Positions 16,582 to 25,148 of a stretch of DNA of 64,000 bases are shown piece by piece (position 1 is the stretch's first letter; every line of letters begins with the position of its first letter). The stretch spans positions 56,058-120,057 of the IMG/VR virus record IMGVR_UViG_3300036790_000219, one strand, 5' to 3'. Below the pieces are notes generated by a model, which was given only the letters and a program-made list of their open reading frames with translations, was not told the DNA's origin and ran no database searches. The position numbers were made by a program, and so were the translations under genes. Source of the DNA: a virus.

Positions 16582-18099
16582 ATGAACGCAACTGTGAACC
16601 TTCCAATCTCACTTCTCGTTGATGTTACGGTGGACCTGACCCCCGTTGGGGCGCAGGCACCGTCGCTCAACACGGGGTTGTTGCTCGGTACTAGCGCAGT
16701 CATTGACGTGGTAACCCGTATGCGTGTTTACGCTACGTTGGCTGCTGTAGCAACCGACTTTGGTAACGACGCCGAAGAATATCTGGCTGCGGAACTCTGG
16801 TTTGGGCAGAGCCCACAGCCAACGTCGTTGAACATCGGCCGGTGGGCAAAGACTGCTAGTGCGGGCCAGTTGTACTGCGGTGAGTTGAGTGAAGCTGACA
16901 CTCTCATTTCGGCTTGGACTGGTATTACCACCGGTAGTTTTAAGGTCGCTGTGGATGGTGGTGCGGTAACGAACGTTCCCGACCTTGACTTCGCTGCTGC
17001 AGGTAACCTCAACGCTGTTGCGGTAATCATTCAAACTGCTCTTCAAGGCATAGGTGGTGCCTTCGCAACTGTGACTTGCGTGTACAATGCGACGTACAAC
17101 CGCTTTGTTATTACGAGTGGCACCACAGGTACGAGTTCTGAGATCTCCTTCCTGACCGCAGGCAGCACGGGTATAGATATCTCTGCAATGCTGCAAGGAC
17201 TTTCCACAAGCGACGGTGCTTACATTGCTAATGGTATCGCTGCTGAGACTGCTTTGTCTTGTGTTGAGTTGTTTGACAATCAGTTTGCGGGTCAGTGGTA
17301 CAATCTGTTCATCCCAGAAGCAAGTGACAGTGATGATACGGCCATCGCACCGTATATTGATGGCGACGGGACACCACACTTCTACTGGATCAATACCCAA
17401 GAGGAAGCCCTGCTCTCTCTGGGGGACACAACGCATATCGGCTACTTGCTACAACAGTTGCAGTCCCAACACACAGCGTGGCAGTATTCGAGTACGTCGC
17501 TGTATGCGGTGTGGAGTATGGCGGCCCGGATTGCTACGGTGAACTGGCAAGGCTCGCTAACGGCGCTCTCGCTGATGTACAAGACTGAGCCAAGTGTTGA
17601 TGCAGAAGCGTTGACGGTGGATCAACGAGATGCTCTGCTCAGTTATAATGGTAACGTTTATGACACGTACTCCAATCCGAGTGGGGTACCACTTATTGAG
17701 CCGGGCATTTGTCCTTCCGGACAGTTCATTGATACCATTATCGGAGTGGACTGGCTGCGAACTCAAATCCAGACGAATATCTTCAACATTCTTCTGGGTT
17801 CAACAACGAAGATCCCGCAGACTGATCCTGGTGTAAATCAGTTGGTCAACGGTGCTTCTACTGCCTGTGGTCAGGGGGTAGTCAATGGTCTTCTGGCACC
17901 GGGGACTTGGAACTCTGGTGGCTTCGGGCAGCTGACCGAAGGCCAGTGGCTAGATAAGGGCTACTACATTTACGCCCAGCCCATTGCCAGTCAGCCAGAG
18001 GACCAACGGCAGGCACGTATCTCACCCCCGATCCAAGTGGCCGCGAAGCTTGCTGGGGCAATTGACACGGTCTCCGTGACCGTAGTTGTAAATCAATAA
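16582..18099 (+). CDS. Contractile tail sheath (DUF3383)
   Basis: LPISLLVDVTV, EYLAAELWFGQSPQP, IGRWAK, MYKTEPSV, GVDWL, KIPQTDPG, KLAGAIDTV. Confidence 0.92.
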   Translation: MNATVNLPISLLVDVTVDLTPVGAQAPSLNTGLLLGTSAVIDVVTRMRVYATLAAVATDFGNDAEEYLAAELWFGQSPQPTSLNIGRWAKTASAGQLYCGELSEADTLISAWTGITTGSFKVAVDGGAVTNVPDLDFAAAGNLNAVAVIIQTALQGIGGAFATVTCVYNATYNRFVITSGTTGTSSEISFLTAGSTGIDISAMLQGLSTSDGAYIANGIAAETALSCVELFDNQFAGQWYNLFIPEASDSDDTAIAPYIDGDGTPHFYWINTQEEALLSLGDTTHIGYLLQQLQSQHTAWQYSSTSLYAVWSMAARIATVNWQGSLTALSLMYKTEPSVDAEALTVDQRDALLSYNGNVYDTYSNPSGVPLIEPGICPSGQFIDTIIGVDWLRTQIQTNIFNILLGSTTKIPQTDPGVNQLVNGASTACGQGVVNGLLAPGTWNSGGFGQLTEGQWLDKGYYIYAQPIASQPEDQRQARISPPIQVAAKLAGAIDTVSVTVVVNQ

Positions 18100-18112
18100 T
18101 TGAGGCACAGAC

Positions 18113-18571
18113 ATGAGCGCATATAGCTTTCTAAACGTAGCTGCTGCCATTGCTGGGCCGGGTCTTGTGGCTCAGATTGGTTCCTCAGCGGGCGCGGCGA
18201 AAGAAGGTATTTCGACGGGCTTCGATGAAGACAAGACGACAATCACGACCGGTGCTGATGGGTCAATCATGACCTCGCTTCGTGCGACCATGACGGGCCG
18301 CATAACCGTACGGTTGTTGAAGGTATCACCCATCAACGCCATCCTAAGTCAAGCGTACAACTTCCAGCGGGTAAACGTTCTCAATTGGGGGCAGAATTCC
18401 ATTACTGTTACCGACACGGCACGGGGGGATGTTGTGACGGGGCGACAGATGGCCTTCATCAAGTTCCCAGACAATGGTTGGGCCGAGGATGGTAATACTC
18501 TGGACTGGGTCTTTCAGGGCATCATCAACGAAATCCTCGGTGTTGGAATTCCTGACGTCAATACTCCGTAA
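18113..18571 (+). CDS. Tail tube protein (DUF3277-like)
   Basis: YSFLNV.AAIAGP, EGI, TGADG, ITVRLLKVSP.N. Confidence 0.88.
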   Translation: MSAYSFLNVAAAIAGPGLVAQIGSSAGAAKEGISTGFDEDKTTITTGADGSIMTSLRATMTGRITVRLLKVSPINAILSQAYNFQRVNVLNWGQNSITVTDTARGDVVTGRQMAFIKFPDNGWAEDGNTLDWVFQGIINEILGVGIPDVNTP

Positions 18572-18593
18572 CCCCCTCTAACGCGAGTTCTCT

Positions 18594-19070
18594 ATGGTCC
18601 CCGAACTAGAGTTTACCGTAAACAGTCACAAGTACCGCGCTACTCGGTTAAGTGTCTTTCAACAGTTCAATCTTGCTGCTGACTTTCGTGATGTGTTAGT
18701 CGGTCTGGCTGTCTTGAAGAAAGACCGACCAAAGGAGTTGGATGAGAAGGCTTTTACCAAAGCTATTGAGTTCATCGTAACTGGTGGCTCAAAAGCTCTC
18801 AGTCCTGAAATCCGCGAACGGACGATGCATTTGTGTCTCTCCGTTATAGCTAGACAGGTGGCGTCTCCTGGTGTGGGTTGGACAGCTATTCAGACAGCTG
18901 ACGGCGTACTAACCCACCAAGATATTCAGCTTCCGGAAATGATTGCGATCATGTACCACGTGATCGATCACAACGGGCTGCTGGATTTTTTCTTCGAAGG
19001 CCCGTCAACTTCGGACGGGCCGGAGACGGAAAAGTCTGGGCCACACTCCCTGACGGCGAAGACTGGTTAA
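18594..19070 (+). CDS. Tail assembly chaperone (G product)
   Basis: Between tube and tape measure; LSVFQQF motif. Confidence 0.8.
   Translation: MVPELEFTVNSHKYRATRLSVFQQFNLAADFRDVLVGLAVLKKDRPKELDEKAFTKAIEFIVTGGSKALSPEIRERTMHLCLSVIARQVASPGVGWTAIQTADGVLTHQDIQLPEMIAIMYHVIDHNGLLDFFFEGPSTSDGPETEKSGPHSLTAKTG
18986..19021 (+). promoter_or_regulatory. Programmed -1 ribosomal frameshift signal
   Basis: T TTT TTC (18986-92), 6-nt spacer, stem GGCCCGTC/GACGGGCC (18999-19021). Confidence 0.8.
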
Positions 19071-19207
19071 TGGGACCAATTCCTGAAGGCTTCTATACCC
19101 TTCCCGACTTGAACGAAGGTACTATAACGCTCTGTGATGTCGCTCGCGCCAACGACATGTTGGCGGTCAGAGCCGAGAACCGTCGGCGCGCTGAAAGTAA
19201 GCCATGA
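18986..19207 (+). CDS. C-terminal part of the frameshifted chaperone (GT product); not in the ORF track
   Basis: -1 frame open: ...WATLPDGEDWLMGPIPEGFYTLPDLNEGTITLCDVARANDMLAVRAENRRRAESKP*; stop overlaps the tape measure ATG. Confidence 0.8.
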   Translation, partial: FFLRRPVNFGRAGDGKVWATLPDGEDWLMGPIPEGFYTLPDLNEGTITLCDVARANDMLAVRAENRRRAESKP

Positions 19208-20811
19208 CCCTTGAAGAATATCTTATTCGTCTTGGCTGGAATATTGACGAGCCAAGCTTCAAGAAGTTTGTCAATGCGGTTTCGGCAACGAGCAAGCTCA
19301 CTGCCGAAGTTGGCGGCGTGGCTTTGGAGACGGCAGGGGCTATTGAGTTGATGGTCACGCGCGTGGCGCGACAGTATGAGACGCTCTACTACGTCAGCCA
19401 GCGTACCAATCAGTCAGTACGGTATATCCAGGCTACCCAGTACGCCTTCGGTCAGATTGGGTTAAGTGCAGACGATGCCTCCTCAGCAATTGAGAACTTT
19501 GGGGCTAAGATGCGTACCCAGCCTTGGTTACGGGCTGTGTTGGGTGGCGCGACAACTCCTCAACAAGTTGTTCAGAATCTCAGCAAGTCGGGCTTACCAT
19601 ACTTCTTGCAGGCACAATTTGCCGAACAGTTTGCTGGTATTCCGGAGCAGACTTATTTTCACATGCTCAAGTACCAGGCAGCGCAAGCCCAGGCTGACGC
19701 TGAGTTCAGGACGCGTCAAGGTCAAGCTGGAATCGACCCCGACGCATTTGCCAAACGCATTTCTGAACCAAAGCCGGGTTCTTTCATTTGGTCACTGAAC
19801 CGTTTGGAAAGTGACCTTGGTATCTTTGGTCAGCGTATGGCAATGGACTTTGTCGATCCGGCTCAGAGAGGCATAGATACTGTTGACCGTCTCGTTCAGT
19901 GGCTCAACCGGGCGGATGCCGCGACAAAGGGTTGGTTAGGTACGTTAGAGACGCTCGCAGGGACCGTGGCGGGAAGTTGGGTCCTTGAGGGCCTCTTTCG
20001 CAAGGTCTTTGGCCTTGGGGGTAAGACACTTGCTGGGCGGGTCGTAGGGACGGCTGCAAGGGCGGTAGGAATTACAGGGGGGCTTGCAGGGGGCGCTACG
20101 GTAGCCCTTGCGGGCGGCGCTCTCCTCGCCTCCACGACGGCTGCAAACCAGGATGAAGCCTCACGGCCTTGGAACCAGCCCCTCGGTGCCCCCGATACGG
20201 GGGGTGCAGGGGCGACGAAGCGGATCAATCAGGCTATCGCATACTTTATGGCGCAAGGCTACTCTCAATCAGCCGCACAAGGTATTGCCTCAGCGCTGTT
20301 CTTTGAGAGTGGTAAGACCCTTTCGCCTACGGCCTTCAACGGCGCGGGCGGTGGCGCGGGCGCGCGAGGTATCGGGCAGTGGCGCGGGGAACGGCTGGCG
20401 GCTTTCCGTAAGATGTTTGGAAAGGACCCACTCAATGCGACGTTCGAAGAGCAACTACAGTTTGTGGCTTGGGAACTTGCCCATGGCACAGACAAGGGTG
20501 CACTGAGTGCAGGCAAGCTGCTTCGCGGTGGCAAGCTAGGTGCGGGGCAATCTGCCGGTACCTTTATCGACATGTTTGAACGGCCGGGCGACAATGGGCA
20601 GGAAGCCGGACGAGCTTCTCGGTTTGCCGAAGGGCTTTCAGCCCTTGCTGCGCAACAACACCGGGGCACAACCAATAACGTGACCGTCACAAACAAGACT
20701 GATATTCATGTTAGTGGTGTTGGCGCACAAGACGCTGCCAATAAAGTGGCTACTGCCCAGGATAAGGTTGGTCAAGACACAGCACGTTCCGTGGTTGGAG
20801 CCTTGCGTTGA
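19204..20811 (+). CDS. Tape measure protein with C-terminal tail lysozyme domain
   Basis: EEYLIRLGW start; AQGIASALFFESG...ARGIGQWRGERL...EEQLQFVAWEL. Confidence 0.88.
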   Translation: MTLEEYLIRLGWNIDEPSFKKFVNAVSATSKLTAEVGGVALETAGAIELMVTRVARQYETLYYVSQRTNQSVRYIQATQYAFGQIGLSADDASSAIENFGAKMRTQPWLRAVLGGATTPQQVVQNLSKSGLPYFLQAQFAEQFAGIPEQTYFHMLKYQAAQAQADAEFRTRQGQAGIDPDAFAKRISEPKPGSFIWSLNRLESDLGIFGQRMAMDFVDPAQRGIDTVDRLVQWLNRADAATKGWLGTLETLAGTVAGSWVLEGLFRKVFGLGGKTLAGRVVGTAARAVGITGGLAGGATVALAGGALLASTTAANQDEASRPWNQPLGAPDTGGAGATKRINQAIAYFMAQGYSQSAAQGIASALFFESGKTLSPTAFNGAGGGAGARGIGQWRGERLAAFRKMFGKDPLNATFEEQLQFVAWELAHGTDKGALSAGKLLRGGKLGAGQSAGTFIDMFERPGDNGQEAGRASRFAEGLSALAAQQHRGTTNNVTVTNKTDIHVSGVGAQDAANKVATAQDKVGQDTARSVVGALR

Positions 20812-21518
20812 GTATCTTCCCTCTGAATGGCACAGTAGGGGTCATCGCCAGCATCGGTCTCAGCACCCTTCTTCAAAGCATTGTCTTCCCCCGTGGCTTT
20901 GGTGCCGATATAACTGTCGAGGAGAAGCATTCAGACATTTTGACTGTTACTGAGAACCCTGTTGAGCAGGGCGCGGCTATTACTGACCATGCGTTTAAGC
21001 GCCCTGCCGAACTTACGGTGCGGGTGGGTTACTCCGATAGCAGTCCCGCTTCGGTCATTGGAACCGGCTTGGCGGTAATGAGTGCGGCTTCTGCTTTAGC
21101 CGCCGCATCAGCCCTCTCCTCGGGTGGTAGTCTTTCGAGCGTACTCAGTACAACAACGGGACTTTCATTAGTTGAAGCGGCAACCACAGCAGATTACGTG
21201 GAAGCCGTTTACAACATGTTTCTCATTTTACAGTCTAGTCGCGTTCCGTTTGGGTTGATCACGGGCAAACGCATTTACAACACCTTATTGATCACGGCGC
21301 TCCACACTTCAACGACAGAGGAGTGGGAGAACTCCATGATCCTTGAAGTTGAGATGCGGGAGATCATTCTGGTTAACACCCAGACAGTCTCGGTTCCCCC
21401 CGCAGCCAATATGGCGAATCCACAAATAAACGGGGCTACACAGAACCTAGGAGCCAATAATTTGACTCCTGGGAATGGCTACAATGCCGCAGCCGCGCCA
21501 GCACCGCTGAGCCAATGA
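20808..21518 (+). CDS. Distal tail / tube initiator (Dit-like)
   Basis: EEKHSD.L.VTENPVEQGAAITDHAFKRP, LITGKRIYN. Confidence 0.8.
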   Translation: MSIFPLNGTVGVIASIGLSTLLQSIVFPRGFGADITVEEKHSDILTVTENPVEQGAAITDHAFKRPAELTVRVGYSDSSPASVIGTGLAVMSAASALAAASALSSGGSLSSVLSTTTGLSLVEAATTADYVEAVYNMFLILQSSRVPFGLITGKRIYNTLLITALHTSTTEEWENSMILEVEMREIILVNTQTVSVPPAANMANPQINGATQNLGANNLTPGNGYNAAAAPAPLSQ

Positions 21519-21841
21519 GTGATGTTACGTATACCCCGTACCTGGTTCCTCTTCAGCCAACGGCTCAGCAGTTTACGGTATCTCTGGCAGGGGTGACGTA
21601 TACCGTAAAGTTGCGGTGGAATGCGCAGAATGCATCTTGGGTCCTGGACTTGATGGACTCAAATCAGAATCCAATATTGACCGGCCTTCCGCTCGTCACG
21701 GGGGTAGACCTTCTGGAACAGTACGGCTACCTCGGGATTGGCGGGTCCCTGGTCGTTCAAAGCACTAACGACCCGAGCCTTGTGCCAAACTATGACACGC
21801 TCGGTTCTACGGGAAACCTCTTCTTTGTGGTTGCATCTTGA
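21515..21841 (+). CDS. Baseplate protein
   Basis: QQFTVSLAG, WVLDL, GLPLVTGVDLLEQY.YL. Confidence 0.8.
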   Translation: MSDVTYTPYLVPLQPTAQQFTVSLAGVTYTVKLRWNAQNASWVLDLMDSNQNPILTGLPLVTGVDLLEQYGYLGIGGSLVVQSTNDPSLVPNYDTLGSTGNLFFVVAS

Positions 21842-22965
21842 ACAATCAGTTCATCCGCAAGTGCTCCTTGATCGTTTACGGAACACCGCCTACGCCAGCT
21901 GGAACTGGATTAGCGGTACCGTCAAGTTCGGGCAGTAGTACAACTATAACAGCGAGTGGTGCTACGGCGATTGTTATTCCAAACAGTCAGCTACAATCAG
22001 CACAGAACCAGCCTGGCATAGAACTCGGTGCCCTTCGTATCCAGTTCAACGTCTCGGCAATGGATATTGATTCCCCACCGACGGCGCGTATCAGAGTTAT
22101 TAATCTTTCTGATACTACTGCGAAGCTTATCCAACAAGAATTCTCAGGTGTTGTTCTTCAAGCCGGATATGAGAACGGTAACTTTGGTGTGATTTTTCAA
22201 GGGACTATTATTCGTGTCCGGAAAGGTCGCCTTAGTAATATTGATACGTACGTCGAGATTCTAGCATCGAACTTTGACCTTTTGTACAACTACGGCTTCG
22301 TCAACAAAACGGTCGCTAAGGGTAGTAGTGCGCAAGACCGTGCTAACGCTATAGCGGCGGCGGCTAACCAATCCGCTGCCGTACAATCTGCTGCTGCTCA
22401 AGTCCAGCAAGTACAGACAAGCGGCTGGCAATACGGTTACATTTCTAACAGTTTCGGTACAGGGGGTGTTCTCCCACGTGGCAAGGTGATGTTTGGTCTT
22501 GCCCGAAAGTATATGAACCACTTGACTGACACACAAGGGGCCACCTGGTCGATTGATCCTTCAGGCAAGGTTCAGATCATCTCCTATAACGACGTTTTAC
22601 CAGGACAAGCTGTTGTTATCAATGCCCAGACGGGAATGGTTGGTATCCCGGAAGCGACGCAGCAAGGGGTTGAAGTGGGTTGCTTACTTAATCCCAATAT
22701 TAAGACCGGACAACAGATCCAACTGGATAACGCTTCAATAAACACAACGACGAACCGCAGTAATATAGGCTTTCCCGCATACTCTGACTTTGAGTTCTTC
22801 GCTAGTACTTCGGATGACGGTATTTACCGCGCACTCGTTGTTGAGCATGAAGGTGACAGTCGTGGTGAAGGAGCGGATTGGCTTACAAAGATAACGGCGT
22901 TGGCAGTGGACCAAAGCGTTCCCGCTGGGGCAAGTTCTCAAGTCAAAGTGGCCTATTCAGGCTAG
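21838..22965 (+). CDS. Baseplate hub protein
   Basis: IRVINLS, LQAGY, IFQG.I, INAQTGMVGIPE, CLLNPNI. Confidence 0.8.
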   Translation: MNNQFIRKCSLIVYGTPPTPAGTGLAVPSSSGSSTTITASGATAIVIPNSQLQSAQNQPGIELGALRIQFNVSAMDIDSPPTARIRVINLSDTTAKLIQQEFSGVVLQAGYENGNFGVIFQGTIIRVRKGRLSNIDTYVEILASNFDLLYNYGFVNKTVAKGSSAQDRANAIAAAANQSAAVQSAAAQVQQVQTSGWQYGYISNSFGTGGVLPRGKVMFGLARKYMNHLTDTQGATWSIDPSGKVQIISYNDVLPGQAVVINAQTGMVGIPEATQQGVEVGCLLNPNIKTGQQIQLDNASINTTTNRSNIGFPAYSDFEFFASTSDDGIYRALVVEHEGDSRGEGADWLTKITALAVDQSVPAGASSQVKVAYSG

Positions 22966-22974
22966 GAGTTCTTT

Positions 22975-23583
22975 GTGGATCGGAGGGAACGTCTCAATAG
23001 CTTAGCTGTTACCCTACGCATGGCGTTGCAGGACTTCCAGAGCGGTCTCTGGACCGCGTTACCCGCAGTAGTAGAGAGTTTTGATGCTACAACGTTAACG
23101 GTCACAGCCCAGCCGACTATCCAAGGACAGGTTCGCCAACCGGATGGTACGTGGTTTAATACCACAATGCCGTTGTGCACAGAGTGTCCTGTTATTTTAC
23201 CGGGAGGAGGTTCCTTCGTTTTGACGTTTCCTATTACTAAGGGCGACGAAGGAACAATTATTTTTGCATCGCGGTGTATAGATTCCTGGTGGCAGAGTGG
23301 TGGCATCCAAACTCAAGCCGAGTTGCGGATGCACGACTTATCTGATGGTTTCTTTCTGCCAAAATGCTTTTCGCTACCAAACGTTCCTGGTTCAATCAGC
23401 ACAACAGCGGTTGAGCTTCGCAGTCTCGATGGCAAAACACTGGTCCACGTTGAAACCGATAAGATCATTCTTTCACTGAATAACGGTAGAACAGTGCTTA
23501 CGGTAGATGATAGTGTCCAGAAGGTTGAAATCACGGCTGTTGGTGGGTTGTGGGTTAACGGCGTTCAGGTGACAGTCCCTTGA
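22975..23583 (+). CDS. Baseplate spike / puncturing protein
   Basis: LWTALPAVV, PVILPGGG, FPITKGDEG, RCIDSWW, RMHDLSDG. Confidence 0.85.
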   Translation: MDRRERLNSLAVTLRMALQDFQSGLWTALPAVVESFDATTLTVTAQPTIQGQVRQPDGTWFNTTMPLCTECPVILPGGGSFVLTFPITKGDEGTIIFASRCIDSWWQSGGIQTQAELRMHDLSDGFFLPKCFSLPNVPGSISTTAVELRSLDGKTLVHVETDKIILSLNNGRTVLTVDDSVQKVEITAVGGLWVNGVQVTVP

Positions 23584-23972
23584 GATACCGCGCGCTTTCC
23601 GCTACGGGCGACTATACTTTTGGTCAAGGCGAAGCTAACTTTTTGATCAACAGTCCCGCAGCGGTAGCGCAATCTGTTTTAACAAGGCTCCGGCTGTGGG
23701 AAGGGGAGTGGTTTCTTGATCAAACTCTAGGAACTCCCTACACGCAACAGATATTGGGCTACAATACGGCGGGGCTTTACGACCTCGCTATTCAACAACA
23801 GATTCTTAACACCCCTGGTGTTACATCGATTACACAATACTCCTCGTCCGTTGATCCGGAAACACGGGCGCTTACGATTAACGCCGCCATCAATACCCAA
23901 TATGGCCCCACAGCAGTTACAAACACCTTTACTGCTGGTCCCACAAGCTTCACCCCGGCGCTCGCTGCATGA
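23580..23972 (+). CDS. Baseplate wedge / sheath initiator
   Basis: GDYTFGQG, AVAQSVLTRLRLWEGEWFLD. Confidence 0.85.
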   Translation: MRYRALSATGDYTFGQGEANFLINSPAAVAQSVLTRLRLWEGEWFLDQTLGTPYTQQILGYNTAGLYDLAIQQQILNTPGVTSITQYSSSVDPETRALTINAAINTQYGPTAVTNTFTAGPTSFTPALAA

Positions 23973-25147
23973 CAACACTTGCTTGCACTGTTAGCTCAAC
24001 CGGTATTACTGCGCCGGATTACGCTGATATCTTAGCCGAATTGCAGAATGCCTACTACAGTATTTACGGTGCGGACTCAGATCTCGATGCAGATTCACAG
24101 GACGGGCAGTTCATCGCGATCCTAGCACAGGCCATTTACGACACGAATCAGATTGCCATCGCAGTGTACAATGCGTACTCACCGGCGACGTCGCAAGGCA
24201 CGGCCTTGTCGAGTGTCGTTAAGATAAACGGCATTGAACGGCAGTCTGCCAGTAACAGTACTGATGTTGTAACACTGATGGGTGTGGCGGGGACTGTTAT
24301 AACAGGAGGTCAGGTAGGTGACAACCTAAGCCAGGGTACGATCTGGAACCTGCCGCCGTCTGTTACGATTCCGGATAGCGGTACAATTGATGAGACCGTA
24401 ACCTGTGCAGAGCAAGGTGATATCCAATTTGCTCCAGGATCGCTAACGGTCATTCTTACACCTACGCGGAACTGGCAGTCCGTTACAAATATTGGACCAA
24501 ATTCTCCAGGCAACCCGATTGAAAGCGACGCCACACTTCGTCAGCGTCAGGCACAATCAACTGCCTTGCCATCCCTTTCCATTATAGAGGGCATTTACGG
24601 TGCAGTGGCTGCAATTTCCGGGGTCTCGGAGTTACAGATTTACGAGAACCAGACTGATATAACTGATGGTAATGGTATTCCACCACACTCGATTGCCGTG
24701 GTCGTTTTGGGTGGGGACATTCAGACTATTGCGGATACAATTGCGTTGAAGAAGACGCCAGGAACGAACACCTACGGTGATATTTCGGTGTTAACGGTAG
24801 ACCAGAATGGTGTGCCGTTGACCATCAATTTTACTGAGCTTGAACAGGTCCCGCTTTTTGTTACTGTTACACTTAATCCGTTGTCGGGGTACACTTCACT
24901 AATTGGCGAGGAAATTCAGACAGCAGTGGCTAGCTTTATTAATAGCCTCTTGTCGGGCGAAGACAGTTACCTCGCGCGGTTGTACTCTCCCGCCAACTTG
25001 GGAGGAACAGGGGATGGTGCCACTTTTGTTGTTACTGGTATAGTTCAAGGTACGGTGTCTGGAGATCAGGCAGCTGCAGATATTGATGCCACTTACGAGC
25101 AGCAATTCACCTGTACCACAGATAACGTAACCATCACGGTGCTGTAG
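23969..25147 (+). CDS. Baseplate J-like protein
   Basis: DSQDGQ, GIERQ, ESDATLRQR, PPHSIAVVVLGG, KKTPG. Confidence 0.9.
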   Translation: MTTLACTVSSTGITAPDYADILAELQNAYYSIYGADSDLDADSQDGQFIAILAQAIYDTNQIAIAVYNAYSPATSQGTALSSVVKINGIERQSASNSTDVVTLMGVAGTVITGGQVGDNLSQGTIWNLPPSVTIPDSGTIDETVTCAEQGDIQFAPGSLTVILTPTRNWQSVTNIGPNSPGNPIESDATLRQRQAQSTALPSLSIIEGIYGAVAAISGVSELQIYENQTDITDGNGIPPHSIAVVVLGGDIQTIADTIALKKTPGTNTYGDISVLTVDQNGVPLTINFTELEQVPLFVTVTLNPLSGYTSLIGEEIQTAVASFINSLLSGEDSYLARLYSPANLGGTGDGATFVVTGIVQGTVSGDQAAADIDATYEQQFTCTTDNVTITVL

Positions 25148-25148
25148 C

